Source of the DNA: an uncultured Ectothiorhodospiraceae bacterium
Lineage (GTDB): Bacteria > Pseudomonadota > Gammaproteobacteria > UBA9214
Length of the DNA stretch: 58,670 nucleotides
Assembly (NCBI GenBank): GCA_947258845.1
Contig: CAMYJZ010000008.1
Location: 1-58,670 of the forward strand
Reading direction: 5' to 3'
This document shows positions 11,361 to 21,269 of the stretch, piece after piece. Positions within the stretch are counted from its first letter, which is position 1, and each line of letters begins with the position of its first letter. Below the pieces are notes generated by a model. That model saw nothing but the letters and a program-made list of their open reading frames with translations, did no database searches and was not told the origin of the DNA. The position numbers were made by a program, and so were the translations under genes.

Positions 11361-12839
11361 GTGCATGGAGTGAGTGAAGAGATACTGATCAACATTACCC
11401 CCCGGGAGACGCGCGTAGCACTGGTGGAAAATGGCGTGCTGCAGGAGATCTTCATCGAGCGTACCGCGCGCCGCGGGCTGGTCGGCAACATCTACAAGGG
11501 TCGCGTATGCCGTGTCCTGCCGGGGATGCAGGCCGCGTTCATCGATGTCGGGCTGGAGCGCGCCGCCTTCCTGCATGCCTCTGACATCATGCCGAGGAAT
11601 GGCGACAACGCCGACTCCGGTGACCAGGCCACCAGCAGTATCAATGAATTGCTCAAGGAGGGCCAGGAACTGACCGTGCAGGTGGTCAAGGATCCGCTGG
11701 GCACAAAGGGCGCGCGTCTGACCACGCAGATCACCATCCCATCGCGATACCTGGTGTTTATACCCAAGGTCAGCAATGTCGGTATATCGCAAAAGATAGA
11801 AGATGAAGACGAGCGGATCCGTTTGCGCGATATCATCCAGTTGTTCGTTTCGGAGCAGGATGTTGGTGGTTACATCGCACGTACCGCAGCAGAGGGTGCC
11901 AGCCCGGAGGCCATACGTTCCGACATGATGTTCCTGCGGAAGCTGTGGGAGTCCATCGAGAAGCGCGAGCGCGTGGCCCGTCCCGGTTCCGTTGTCTACG
12001 AGGATCTGCCCCTGGGGGTCCGGGTCATGCGCGACCTGCTGGATGACCAGATAGAAAAGATCCGCATCGATTCGCGCGAGACGCACCAGCGCCTGCTGGA
12101 GTTTTCCGAGAGCTTCATGCCCGATCTGCAGGTACAGCTTGAATACTATCCCGGTGAACGGCCCATCTTCGATATCTACGGCATCGAGGACGAGATCCAG
12201 AAGGCGTTGGAACGCAAGGTACAACTGAAGTCAGGCGGCTACCTGATCATCGACCAGACGGAGGCCATGACGACGATCGATGTCAATACCGGCGGCTACG
12301 TGGGGCATCGTAATCTGGAGGAGACCATCTTCAAGACCAACCTGGAGGCGGCGCAGGCCATTGCCCGCCAGCTGCGACTGCGTAACCTGGGTGGCATCAT
12401 CATCGTCGACTTCATCGATATGCAGCAGGATGAGCACAAGCGCCAGGTGCTGCGCGCCTTCGAGAAGTACCTGGACAAGGACCATGCCAGGACCCATATC
12501 TCCGAGGTCTCCAGCCTCGGGCTGGTGGAGATGACGCGCAAGCGAATCCGCGAGAGCCTGGAGCATATCCTGTGCGAGGAATGTCCCACCTGTGGTGGCC
12601 GGGCGTCGCTGAAAACACCGGAGACCGTCTGCTATGAAATCTTCCGCGAGATACTGCGGGAGGCGCGCCAGTTCGACGCGCAGCAACTGCTGGTGCTGGC
12701 CTCCCAGGAGGTCGTCGATCTGATGCTGGACGAGGAGTCCGACAGCCTGGCGGAACTGGAGGCCTTCATAGGAAAACCGATCAAGTACCAGGTGGAATCC
12801 CTCTATACACAGGAACAGTATGATGTTGTTCCCATGTAG
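11361..12839 (+). CDS. rng: Ribonuclease G
   Basis: 492 aa. Contains an S1 domain (GNIYKGRVCRVLPGMQAAFIDVG), the RNase E/G catalytic core (IDQTEAMTTIDVNTG) and a CPxCxGxG zinc-link motif (CPTCGGRA). Confidence 0.93.
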   Translation: MHGVSEEILINITPRETRVALVENGVLQEIFIERTARRGLVGNIYKGRVCRVLPGMQAAFIDVGLERAAFLHASDIMPRNGDNADSGDQATSSINELLKEGQELTVQVVKDPLGTKGARLTTQITIPSRYLVFIPKVSNVGISQKIEDEDERIRLRDIIQLFVSEQDVGGYIARTAAEGASPEAIRSDMMFLRKLWESIEKRERVARPGSVVYEDLPLGVRVMRDLLDDQIEKIRIDSRETHQRLLEFSESFMPDLQVQLEYYPGERPIFDIYGIEDEIQKALERKVQLKSGGYLIIDQTEAMTTIDVNTGGYVGHRNLEETIFKTNLEAAQAIARQLRLRNLGGIIIVDFIDMQQDEHKRQVLRAFEKYLDKDHARTHISEVSSLGLVEMTRKRIRESLEHILCEECPTCGGRASLKTPETVCYEIFREILREARQFDAQQLLVLASQEVVDLMLDEESDSLAELEAFIGKPIKYQVESLYTQEQYDVVPM

Positions 12840-12912
12840 TCTTTGATGGTATGGGTGCCTGCCACCTTGACGGTCTGTTAACCCGGCCGGCCACCGAGCG
12901 TTAGCTTTATCC

Positions 12913-15900
12913 ATGCTGGCCCGTAGCCTCAACACACTCTGGCTGGCGTTCGTCACGCTATTGCTGCTGTCGGCCATTGCGCTGACGTCCGCGCGCCTGT
13001 GGGTCCCCACGCTGGGCGAATACCGTACTGATATCGAGGCACTGGCCGGCGAACTGCTGGGCAGGCCGGTCAGCATCGGTCGCATGGACGCGACCTGGCG
13101 CGGCCTGGGACCGGTGATCAAGCTCAGGGACGTGGTCATCTCGAACCCGGAGCAGCCGGGCCGGCGGCTGGCCGTAGAGGAGATCTGGCTGGGTCTGGAT
13201 ATCTGGAAATACCTCTATGAGCAGACACTGCAGCTCAAGGGCATCGATCTTATCGGTGCCGAGCTGACGGTCATCAGGGATGAGGACGGGCAGATCTACA
13301 TTGACCGCCTTAGAGGGGAAGGGCACGCCGCTCAGGCGCTGAGTGGGCTGCTGGAGACGCGCCGCCTCGCCATTCACGATTCGGTGATTACCGTCCACGA
13401 CCGGCTCAACGGGCGCCAGCCGGCGCGCTTCGCCGATGTCACATTCAGGCTGGAAAACAGCGGAGACCGGCACGAGCTGATCGGTTACGCCATGCTGCCC
13501 GGCCACCTGGGTTACCGCGTCGATGTCCAGGGTGTGCTCAGGGGGACAGCGGGTGCGATCGGCACCTGGAGCGGTCGCCTGTATATGAAGGGGCAGTCGC
13601 TGGCCCTGACGGACGAGAACCTGGCCCCGATCATCTCCGACGTGGATATCCGGGGTGTCGCCGATGTTCGCTGCTGGGTTGATATCGAATTGGCCGATTT
13701 GCAGTCCATCCGGGGTGAGGTCGACATCAGTGACCTGCAGGTTCAGCGCGCGGCAGCGGAGGGGACAATGGATTATGCCGTCGAGCGTTTCAGCGGGGTA
13801 TTTGGCTGGCGTGAGGGAAAGACCGGCTGGCAGTTCACGACGCAACGGCTCAGTGTGGAGCAGGACGCCGGGTCGGAGGCCAGGGAACAATCACTGTACT
13901 CGCTGGCCGGGCATACACTCGACGGCGAGCGTTACATTGTCGGTGAATTCGCCCACCTGTACCTTGAGGACGTGCAGTCCTTTCTGCGCGTGATTCCCGG
14001 CCTGGAAGACAAAACCTGGCGGCAGATCGCCGATTTCACGGCCGAGGGCACAGTCAGCAATCTGTCCGTCAATTTCAGGAGCGCCGGGGATGTTATCCGG
14101 GTGCTCGACTTCCATGCGGGTTTCGATGATCTCGGGTTCCGGAGCGCCAGGACCGGAGCGGCCATCAGCGGCCTGCAGGGAACCATCACCGGGACCGGCG
14201 ATGCCGGGACGCTGTGGCTGCAAAGCAGGGATGCCGGGTTCCGGGATGACACGCTGTTCCGCGATACCCTGCACTTCGATACCCTGCACGGCGAGGTGGC
14301 CTGGCGCTATGACGATGACCGCCTGATCATCAGCGGCAAGTCACTGGACCTCGGCAATCCCGACCTGGAGATCACGGCCGCTCTCGGGCTGGAGCTGTCG
14401 CTGTCCGGGGCCACCCCTGTGATGGATATGCAGGCCGATGTAAAGCGCGGCGACCTGGCGGCGATCCGGCATTACCTGCCGGCCAGCATCATGTCACCGA
14501 AGGCGGTTGCCTGGCTGGACCGCAGCCTGGTCAGCGGTGCGATCAGCGATGGACGATTCGTGCTGCAGGGACCGCTTGACCAGTTGCCTTACGATAACGG
14601 GGGAGGCCGGCTGACCGTCAGCCTGCCGGTGAGCAATGCCATCCTGGATTACAACCAGTCCTGGACGCGCATCGAAGGGCTTGAGGCGGAGGTCGAATTC
14701 AACGGCCGGGCAATGACTATCCACGGCAAGCAGGGAAAAATCCGCTCGGCCTCGCTGGCCGGGGTGAATGCCCGGATCAAGGACCTGGCCGCGCCTGAAC
14801 TCGAACTCGACGGCAGTGTTTACGGCGCCCTGCCCGTGATGCTGGCGGAGCTGGCCAGCAGCCCGTTGGGCAGCAGCTATGGCGGCTTTGTTGATCGTAC
14901 CAGCAGCAGTGGCAACGCAATGTTGCAACTCGATATCCGCCTGCCCCTGCGCGGCAAGCGGCCCATCAATGTCCAGGGTGAAATCAGTCTCAAGGGCAAT
15001 ACCCTGATGGTGAAGGAAACAGATTTCAATCTGGAAAACATCAGGGGCAAGCTTGCCTTTGACATGGCAGGCGTCAGCGGCCGCTCGCTGGAGGCCATGC
15101 TGTTCGACAAGCCGGTTAGCGTGAATGTCTGGCCAGACCCGGCCGATGCCGTAACCAATGTCAGCCTGAGCGGCCGGCTGGCACTTGTGGATCTTGCGCA
15201 CCGGCACAATCAACAGCTGGAAGGCATATTATCGGGGCACAGTGACTGGGAGGTGCTGTTGCGGATAGGCAGGATGCAGCAGCGCAGTGAAAAACCCGGC
15301 GTCTCCCTGAAGATTTCTTCCGCGCTCCAGGGGATAGGTATCGAACTACCCGAACCCTTCGGAAAAAAACCGGCTGAGGCGCGGCCGTTTGCCATTAATG
15401 TTGATAATATTAACCTTCCCAACGGGATTATGCGTCTGCGTTACGCGGATATCGCCAATGGGGTGTTTGCGCTGCAGCCGGCCGAAAAGGGGCTGGGGTG
15501 GAAAAGGGGAAATCTCTCCATCGGCACCGGGATGGCGATGCTGCCGGACAGGAATGAGCTGTCTATCACGGGCCGCTTGCAGCGCTTTGCGCTGTCCAGC
15601 TGGCAACCGGTCTTTGCCCGCTGGCAGTCCGATGGGGGGCCGCCGCTGAAGACCGATGTGCTGATCGATGAATTGCAGATTGCCGGCCACAGTCTGCACG
15701 GTGTGGAGGTCCAGGCGACAAGGGGCGGCCTGGTCCAGGACATCTTGCTGGGAGGTCCCGATGTAGAAGGCACGCTGCAGCTCGCCTATGACGGCAGCGA
15801 TATCAAGCGGGTCATCATGAACCTCGACCACCTGGTGATCGCAAGGGACCCCAAGCAGCGTGCGGCTGGCGCCCTGTCACTCACGCCCGCGGAATTTCCG

Positions 15901-16746
15901 AACCTGCATGTGTCGGTACAGGCGTTCACCTATGCCGGAGTCGACCTGGGCGAGATCGATCTGCTGACGCGCCGGGAGGCGGGAAAGGTCCATGTCGACC
16001 GATTGGTGATGGCATCGGATATCCTCGACCTGCGCATGCTGGGTGACTGGGAGCGGGTCGACGGCCAGCCTGTCTCGCACTTCGATATCACCTACAGTGA
16101 TGGCAGGCTGGACGCGCTGCTGGCGGCCTTCGACTACCAGGAGAATGTCTCCGGTGGCAGCCTGCACGGGTCACTCAGGGCGAGCTGGCGCGGCGATCCC
16201 TGGGACTTTCTGCCGGAACGTGCCACCGGGAAGCTCTACCTATTGGTCAAGGATGGGCAACTGCTGGAGGTCGAGCCGGGCGCCGGGCGCGTGCTCGGCC
16301 TGCTCAGCCTGCATACCCTGTCGCGCAGGCTGCTGCTCGATTTCAGCGATCTGTTCAAGAAGGGCTTTGCGTTTGACCGGATCGAGGGCAACTTCACCCT
16401 GGCCGGCGGGGATGCCCATACCAGTGACCTGACTATCGAGGGCCCGGCGGCCCGGATCGAGATAGCAGGGCGCGTGGGCCTGGCGGCAAAGGATTATGAT
16501 GAAGTGGTCACCGTGATCCCGCGTGTCGGTTCCAGCCTGCCCCTGGCGGGTGCTATCGCGGGCGGGCCGGTCGTGGGCGCTGCGCTGCTGGTCGCGGACA
16601 AGTTGCTGGGCAAGGAGATCGAGGGGATGACGCGTTTTGCCCAGACCCGGTATTCCGTTACCGGCCCCTGGTCGGAGCCGGTGTATAGCAAGCTGGACCT
16701 TCCGAAGAAAGAGACGGTTACCAGTGAACCCGAGGATATCGAGTGA
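12913..16746 (+). CDS. yhdP: YhdP family (AsmA-like) large inner-membrane/periplasm-spanning protein
   Basis: 1277 aa. N-terminal TM helix (LWLAFVTLLLLSAIALT) and an AsmA-like C-terminal region (LLSLHTLSRRLLLDFSDLFKKGFAFDRIEG...YSVTGPWSEP). Conserved position after rng. Confidence 0.85.
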   Translation: MLARSLNTLWLAFVTLLLLSAIALTSARLWVPTLGEYRTDIEALAGELLGRPVSIGRMDATWRGLGPVIKLRDVVISNPEQPGRRLAVEEIWLGLDIWKYLYEQTLQLKGIDLIGAELTVIRDEDGQIYIDRLRGEGHAAQALSGLLETRRLAIHDSVITVHDRLNGRQPARFADVTFRLENSGDRHELIGYAMLPGHLGYRVDVQGVLRGTAGAIGTWSGRLYMKGQSLALTDENLAPIISDVDIRGVADVRCWVDIELADLQSIRGEVDISDLQVQRAAAEGTMDYAVERFSGVFGWREGKTGWQFTTQRLSVEQDAGSEAREQSLYSLAGHTLDGERYIVGEFAHLYLEDVQSFLRVIPGLEDKTWRQIADFTAEGTVSNLSVNFRSAGDVIRVLDFHAGFDDLGFRSARTGAAISGLQGTITGTGDAGTLWLQSRDAGFRDDTLFRDTLHFDTLHGEVAWRYDDDRLIISGKSLDLGNPDLEITAALGLELSLSGATPVMDMQADVKRGDLAAIRHYLPASIMSPKAVAWLDRSLVSGAISDGRFVLQGPLDQLPYDNGGGRLTVSLPVSNAILDYNQSWTRIEGLEAEVEFNGRAMTIHGKQGKIRSASLAGVNARIKDLAAPELELDGSVYGALPVMLAELASSPLGSSYGGFVDRTSSSGNAMLQLDIRLPLRGKRPINVQGEISLKGNTLMVKETDFNLENIRGKLAFDMAGVSGRSLEAMLFDKPVSVNVWPDPADAVTNVSLSGRLALVDLAHRHNQQLEGILSGHSDWEVLLRIGRMQQRSEKPGVSLKISSALQGIGIELPEPFGKKPAEARPFAINVDNINLPNGIMRLRYADIANGVFALQPAEKGLGWKRGNLSIGTGMAMLPDRNELSITGRLQRFALSSWQPVFARWQSDGGPPLKTDVLIDELQIAGHSLHGVEVQATRGGLVQDILLGGPDVEGTLQLAYDGSDIKRVIMNLDHLVIARDPKQRAAGALSLTPAEFPNLHVSVQAFTYAGVDLGEIDLLTRREAGKVHVDRLVMASDILDLRMLGDWERVDGQPVSHFDITYSDGRLDALLAAFDYQENVSGGSLHGSLRASWRGDPWDFLPERATGKLYLLVKDGQLLEVEPGAGRVLGLLSLHTLSRRLLLDFSDLFKKGFAFDRIEGNFTLAGGDAHTSDLTIEGPAARIEIAGRVGLAAKDYDEVVTVIPRVGSSLPLAGAIAGGPVVGAALLVADKLLGKEIEGMTRFAQTRYSVTGPWSEPVYSKLDLPKKETVTSEPEDIE

Positions 16747-16890
16747 GCGCCCGTCCATGCGGCGGTTCATCAGGCGGACACGGGATCTGTGGTATTCTGA
16801 CAAGCGGACAATTGACCGGCATTTCTGTCTGCGGATGGGCAGCACGCCGGGGTAGCGAAAAATAAATGTGTTGGCAGGATTGATAAAGCG

Positions 16891-17709
16891 ATGACAGTGG
16901 TTGCATGTATTCAGATGGCCTCCGGGCCCAATGTGGGCGCCAACCTGCTGGAGGCCGAGCGCCTGATCGAAGAGGCGGTTAGTCGCGAGGCAAGGCTGGT
17001 GGTGCTGCCGGAGAACTTCGCCATCATGGGCAAATCCGAGCGCGACAAGGTCGAGGTTCGGGAGCCGGAGGGCGATGGCCCGATCCAGGCCTTCCTGTCG
17101 GAACAGGCGGCGCATCACGGCATCTGGCTGGTGGGCGGGACCGTTCCGCTGGTGGCCGATGCGAAGGACAAGATACGTGCGGCCTGCCTGGTCTACGACG
17201 ACACGGGCAAACAGGTCGCTCGTTACGACAAGATTCACCTGTTCGACGTGGAACTGGTGGACAGCGACGAGCAATACACCGAGTCCGAGACCATCGAGCC
17301 CAGTGACGAGGTGGTGGTCATCGACAGTCCCTTTGGCCGCATGGGTATTGCGATCTGCTATGACCTGCGCTTCCCGGAACTGTTCCGGCAGCAACTGACC
17401 GCGGGTATGGAAATCCTGGTCCTGCCTGCGGCCTTCACCGCAATCACCGGGCGGGCGCACTGGGAGGTGCTGGTCAGGGCGCGTGCCATCGAGAATCTCT
17501 GTTATGTCGTGGCTGCCGACCAGGGTGGCTATCACCTCAACGGGCGCGAAACCCACGGGCACAGCATGATCGTCGACCCCTGGGGCATCGTCCTCAACAG
17601 CCTGTCGCGCGGCCCGGGTGTGGTCTGCGCCAGCATTGACCTGGAACGGCTGGAGAGCGCGCGCCGCAACTTCCCCAGCATCACCCACCGTCGTCTGCAA
17701 TGCCGGTAA
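16891..17709 (+). CDS. Carbon-nitrogen hydrolase family protein (nitrilase superfamily)
   Basis: 272 aa. Glu-Lys-Cys triad contexts are present: VVLPENF, YDKIHLFD, AICYDLRFPE. Confidence 0.88.
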   Translation: MTVVACIQMASGPNVGANLLEAERLIEEAVSREARLVVLPENFAIMGKSERDKVEVREPEGDGPIQAFLSEQAAHHGIWLVGGTVPLVADAKDKIRAACLVYDDTGKQVARYDKIHLFDVELVDSDEQYTESETIEPSDEVVVIDSPFGRMGIAICYDLRFPELFRQQLTAGMEILVLPAAFTAITGRAHWEVLVRARAIENLCYVVAADQGGYHLNGRETHGHSMIVDPWGIVLNSLSRGPGVVCASIDLERLESARRNFPSITHRRLQCR

Positions 17710-17730
17710 GCCTGTCACTGTGACTGCTTT

Positions 17731-19176
17731 ATGAGTTCGACCAATCTCGATATTGCACGCCAGCGCCTGCTGGCCCCCGCGGGTATTGATGAGAACGACC
17801 TGGACCGGTTGTTCGGCCAGCTGCTTGGGCATGCAGTTGACAGCGGCGACCTGTATTTCCAGTCAACGCGCTACGAGTCCTGGGTGTTGGAGGACGGCAT
17901 CGTCAAGGAAGGCACCCATAGCATTGAACAGGGTGCCGGTGTCCGTGCGATCAGCGGTGAAAAAACCGGGTTTGCCTATTCCGACGAGATCATGATGCCG
18001 GCCCTGCTGCAGGCCTCTCATGCGGCCCGCGCCATTGCGAAACGCGGCACGGAAGGCAGCCTGCAGGCCTGGCACCGTGGTGACGAGAATATCCTCTACC
18101 CGGCCCTTGATCCCCTGGAGCGCATGTCGGCCGACGAAAAGGTTGAACTGCTCAGAAAGGTGGATGCCGAGGCGCGCCGCCAGGATTCACGTGTCAGCGA
18201 GGTCGTGGTCAGTCTCGCGGGTGTGCACGAGGTCATGATGGTGGCCGTCAGTGACGGTACCCTGTCGGCCGATGTGCGTCCCCTGATCCGTTTCAATGTC
18301 AGCGTTATCGTCGAGCAGGATGGTCGCCGCGAGCAGGGCAGTGCCGGCGGCGGCGGGCGTACGGAATATGCGTTTTTCCTGGAGCAGGAGCGTGCCCTGG
18401 GATATGCGCGCGAGGCGGTGCGCCAGGCCCTCGTCAATCTGGAGGCGGTCGACACCCCGGCAGGCAGTATGCCGGTGGTGCTGGGACCGGGGTGGCCCGG
18501 GATCCTGCTGCACGAAGCCATCGGTCACGGGCTGGAGGGTGACTTCAACCGCAAGGGCACGTCGGCCTTCGCCGGGCGTGTCGGGGAGCGGGTGGCCTCG
18601 TCTCTGTGCACGGTGGTCGATGACGGGACCCTGCAGGGCCGGCGCGGCTCCCTGAACGTCGATGACGAAGGCATCAAGACAGAAAACACCGTGCTCATCG
18701 AGAATGGCATTCTCAAGGGTTATATGCAGGACCGTCTCAATGCCGGCCTGATGGGCGTGGCGCCGACCGGCAATGGCCGGCGTGAATCCTATGCGCACCT
18801 GCCGATGCCGCGCATGACCAACACCTACATGCTGGCAGGAGAACACGACCCGGGAGAGATCATCCAGTCCGTCGACAGGGGCCTGTATGCAGTCAATTTC
18901 GGGGGCGGCCAGGTGGATATCACCTCGGGCAAGTTTGTCTTCACCGCCAGCGAGGCCTACCTGATCGAAAACGGCAAGGTCACCCGCCCGGTCAAGGGAG
19001 CAACCCTGATCGGTAACGGGCCGGATGTGCTGAAACAGGTCTCCATGGTCGGCAACGACCTCGAACTGGATCCCGGTGTCGGCACCTGCGGCAAGGAAGG
19101 TCAAAGCATCCCTGTCGGCGTCGGGCAGCCGACCCTGCTGATCGATGAACTCACCGTTGGCGGGACCAGCGCCTGA
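17731..19176 (+). CDS. tldD: Metalloprotease TldD
   Basis: 481 aa. Contains the HExxxGH motif ([13 protein letters not shown]) and a TldD-type C-terminus ([21 protein letters not shown]). Confidence 0.95.
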   Translation: MSSTNLDIARQRLLAPAGIDENDLDRLFGQLLGHAVDSGDLYFQSTRYESWVLEDGIVKEGTHSIEQGAGVRAISGEKTGFAYSDEIMMPALLQASHAARAIAKRGTEGSLQAWHRGDENILYPALDPLERMSADEKVELLRKVDAEARRQDSRVSEVVVSLAGVHEVMMVAVSDGTLSADVRPLIRFNVSVIVEQDGRREQGSAGGGGRTEYAFFLEQERALGYAREAVRQALVNLEAVDTPAGSMPVVLGPGWPGILLHEAIGHGLEGDFNRKGTSAFAGRVGERVASSLCTVVDDGTLQGRRGSLNVDDEGIKTENTVLIENGILKGYMQDRLNAGLMGVAPTGNGRRESYAHLPMPRMTNTYMLAGEHDPGEIIQSVDRGLYAVNFGGGQVDITSGKFVFTASEAYLIENGKVTRPVKGATLIGNGPDVLKQVSMVGNDLELDPGVGTCGKEGQSIPVGVGQPTLLIDELTVGGTSA

Positions 19177-19222
19177 ACCACCGGATTGCCGGTATGTGTA
19201 ACTCTCATCGCTCCGCTGAACC

Positions 19223-19828
19223 ATGGGTCTTTTGACCGGAGGGCGTGGTCGCAGGCCCCGGGGACGGGTAATGCCCGCGCTGTGCCTGGGTTTATCGATG
19301 GGGCTGGCAGATGCTTCAGGCGCCGCCGGGGTACAGCAGCACCGTGATGCCGACAGCGGCCTGCTGTCGTGGTCGGTACAGGAGTCCGGGCTCAGCCTGC
19401 AATTGATACAGATGCTGCCGGACTATGTTGCCGCAGTCTACAGTTCCCGTGGTTTGCCGCCTGAGGTGCTGGAGAGTATCGCCGCTTACTGCGTGTTCGG
19501 TACCATCGTGACCAATACCTCTGATACCCGGGTCTCTTACCGGGTGGCGGACTGGCGTTACCTGACCCCGGATGGCCGACAGCATCACATCAAGACCAAG
19601 ACCGAGTGGCTCGCTGAATGGCAGCGGATGGGCGTGGCCTACCGTTGGTCGATACTCCCGGACGAGCAGACTTTCGAGCCCGGCGACTGGAGCCAGGGGT
19701 TTACCACGATCGCATTGCCGCCGGACAGTGTATTCACGCTGCTCTATTCATGGAGCTATGAGGATAATATGCATGAGGGAAGAATCGATGGGTTGCGCTG
19801 TGCGCCGGCAAATGTATCGCAGGAATAA
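19223..19828 (+). CDS. Hypothetical protein, probably exported; no family recognised
   Basis: 201-aa ORF. The likelier start is ATG 19271 (MPALCLGLSMGLADASGAAG...). It overlaps the start of the downstream TlpA-like gene, suggesting co-translation. Protein-like composition. Confidence 0.5.
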   Translation: MGLLTGGRGRRPRGRVMPALCLGLSMGLADASGAAGVQQHRDADSGLLSWSVQESGLSLQLIQMLPDYVAAVYSSRGLPPEVLESIAAYCVFGTIVTNTSDTRVSYRVADWRYLTPDGRQHHIKTKTEWLAEWQRMGVAYRWSILPDEQTFEPGDWSQGFTTIALPPDSVFTLLYSWSYEDNMHEGRIDGLRCAPANVSQE

Positions 19829-20363
19829 TGTTTGCCGGTTGCAAGCCGGCCTGCTGCTGGGTTGCCTGCTCACTGCGGCACCGGTCATGGCGCAGATGCC
19901 GGTGCCGGAGCTGAGTCACCAGATGACCCGGCAGGACAATCCGGCGGCGGCACCGGATTTTATTCTGCAGGACATGGACGGCGAGCTGCATGCATTGAAG
20001 GATTACCGCGGGCAGGTGGTGATGGTCAATTTCTGGGCGACCTGGTGTCCGCCCTGCAGGCGTGAGATGCCATCGATGGAGGCGCTCTACAGGAAATTCC
20101 ACCAGTACGGCTTCAGCGTGCTGGCCATAAACGAGTGGGAGGATCCGGAACTGGTGTTTCCCTACATGGGGCAGCTGAGCGTGTTCCCGACATTCCCGAT
20201 CCTGTTCGATCGCGAGGGCGAGGTGTCGGTGGCCTACCAGGTGAAGGGTCTGCCCACGACCTTTCTGCTCGACCGGAAGGGCCGCATCGTCTTCCGGGCC
20301 GTCGGCGGTCGGGACTTCAACCACCCCGAGATGGAGCAGATCATCCGCGAACTTCTCAAATAG
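19788..20363 (+). CDS. TlpA/ResA-like periplasmic thiol:disulfide oxidoreductase (thioredoxin fold)
   Basis: Signal-like LQAGLLLGCLLTAAPVMAQ and active site NFWATWCPPCRREMP. Start is uncertain (19773, 19788 or 19812). The 5' part of track ORF 19572-20363 is an out-of-frame overlap with the previous gene. Confidence 0.85.
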   Translation: MGCAVRRQMYRRNNVCRLQAGLLLGCLLTAAPVMAQMPVPELSHQMTRQDNPAAAPDFILQDMDGELHALKDYRGQVVMVNFWATWCPPCRREMPSMEALYRKFHQYGFSVLAINEWEDPELVFPYMGQLSVFPTFPILFDREGEVSVAYQVKGLPTTFLLDRKGRIVFRAVGGRDFNHPEMEQIIRELLK

Positions 20364-20656
20364 CCTCAAGTGGTGCGCGCGCCGGTCCACGGCACGCCCT
20401 GCTGTCTTCCGGTGCGGCCGGTTTGTCGCTGAACAGCTGATAATCGCGGATTTCTCCCAAAATCCCGTAAATTATTCATGTATGTTTCCGGGCGCCCGCG
20501 AGGATATAGTGCTTTGGCATGGATAAATAATATTTAGGATGCAATATGTTGTGTTAATAGAAATAACAATAATATACATAGACTTATGTGTCTCATTTAG
20601 TCTACGGTTGAGGCTCATGGAGGAGTAATCAGGTAGGCAGGCCAAAGGCGTGTTGA

Positions 20657-21163
20657 TCAGGAGTTATCCTGCAGCTCCCGCAGGTCGCGGAACAGGCGCC
20701 GTGCGGCCCTGGGGGGCTGATTCATCTCCCGTTCCTTGCGTGCCTGGTGTGCCAGTTTGCGGATATGCTGGCGGTCGGCCGTGGGGAAATGTTCGAGCAC
20801 CGTGGCCAGGGCGGAATCCCCCTCGCTGATGAGCGCCTCGCGCAGTTCCTCGAGCAGCTGAAACTCCCCGGTATTGCTGGCTTGATGGTGACGCCTCGCC
20901 TCAACTGCCGCGCGCACGGGTTCGGGATCGATGGTCCGCATCAGTTTTCCGATGTATTGCAGCTGACGTTTACGGGCTCCGTGTGCGTGGATCTTTTTCG
21001 CCGTCCTGATGGCATCCAGCAAGTCTTCCGGCAGCTCCAGCCGGTCCAGGGCGGCGGCATCGAAGTCGAGCAGTTCCGCGCCCAGCCGCTGGAGCGCGTC
21101 CATGTCGCGCTTGCGCTGGGACTTGCTGACGGGAGTTTCTTTATCGTTTTCGGCGTTGTGCAT
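20657..21163 (-). CDS. yjgA: Ribosome-associated DUF615 protein YjgA (DarP)
   Basis: 168 aa: SKSQRKRDMDALQRLGAELL...LPEDLLDAIRTAKKI..HGARKRQLQYIGKLMR. Divergent from pmbA, as in E. coli and Pseudomonas. Confidence 0.85.
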   Translation of the reverse strand: MHNAENDKETPVSKSQRKRDMDALQRLGAELLDFDAAALDRLELPEDLLDAIRTAKKIHAHGARKRQLQYIGKLMRTIDPEPVRAAVEARRHHQASNTGEFQLLEELREALISEGDSALATVLEHFPTADRQHIRKLAHQARKEREMNQPPRAARRLFRDLRELQDNS

Positions 21164-21269
21164 TCAGTGTCATACCAGGTTGACTCATGATGAAGGATAG
21201 CGGTTTAAGCGGGATTTGTCCGGGCGGGGTGTGACCGGTAGAATCCACGCCACTTTCCGGGGAAGGATC

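Noticed and set aside
16240-17832. 530-aa minus-strand ORF
   Set aside because: It is antisense across the yhdP end, the CN hydrolase and the tldD start, so it spans three well-supported genes. GC-driven open frame.
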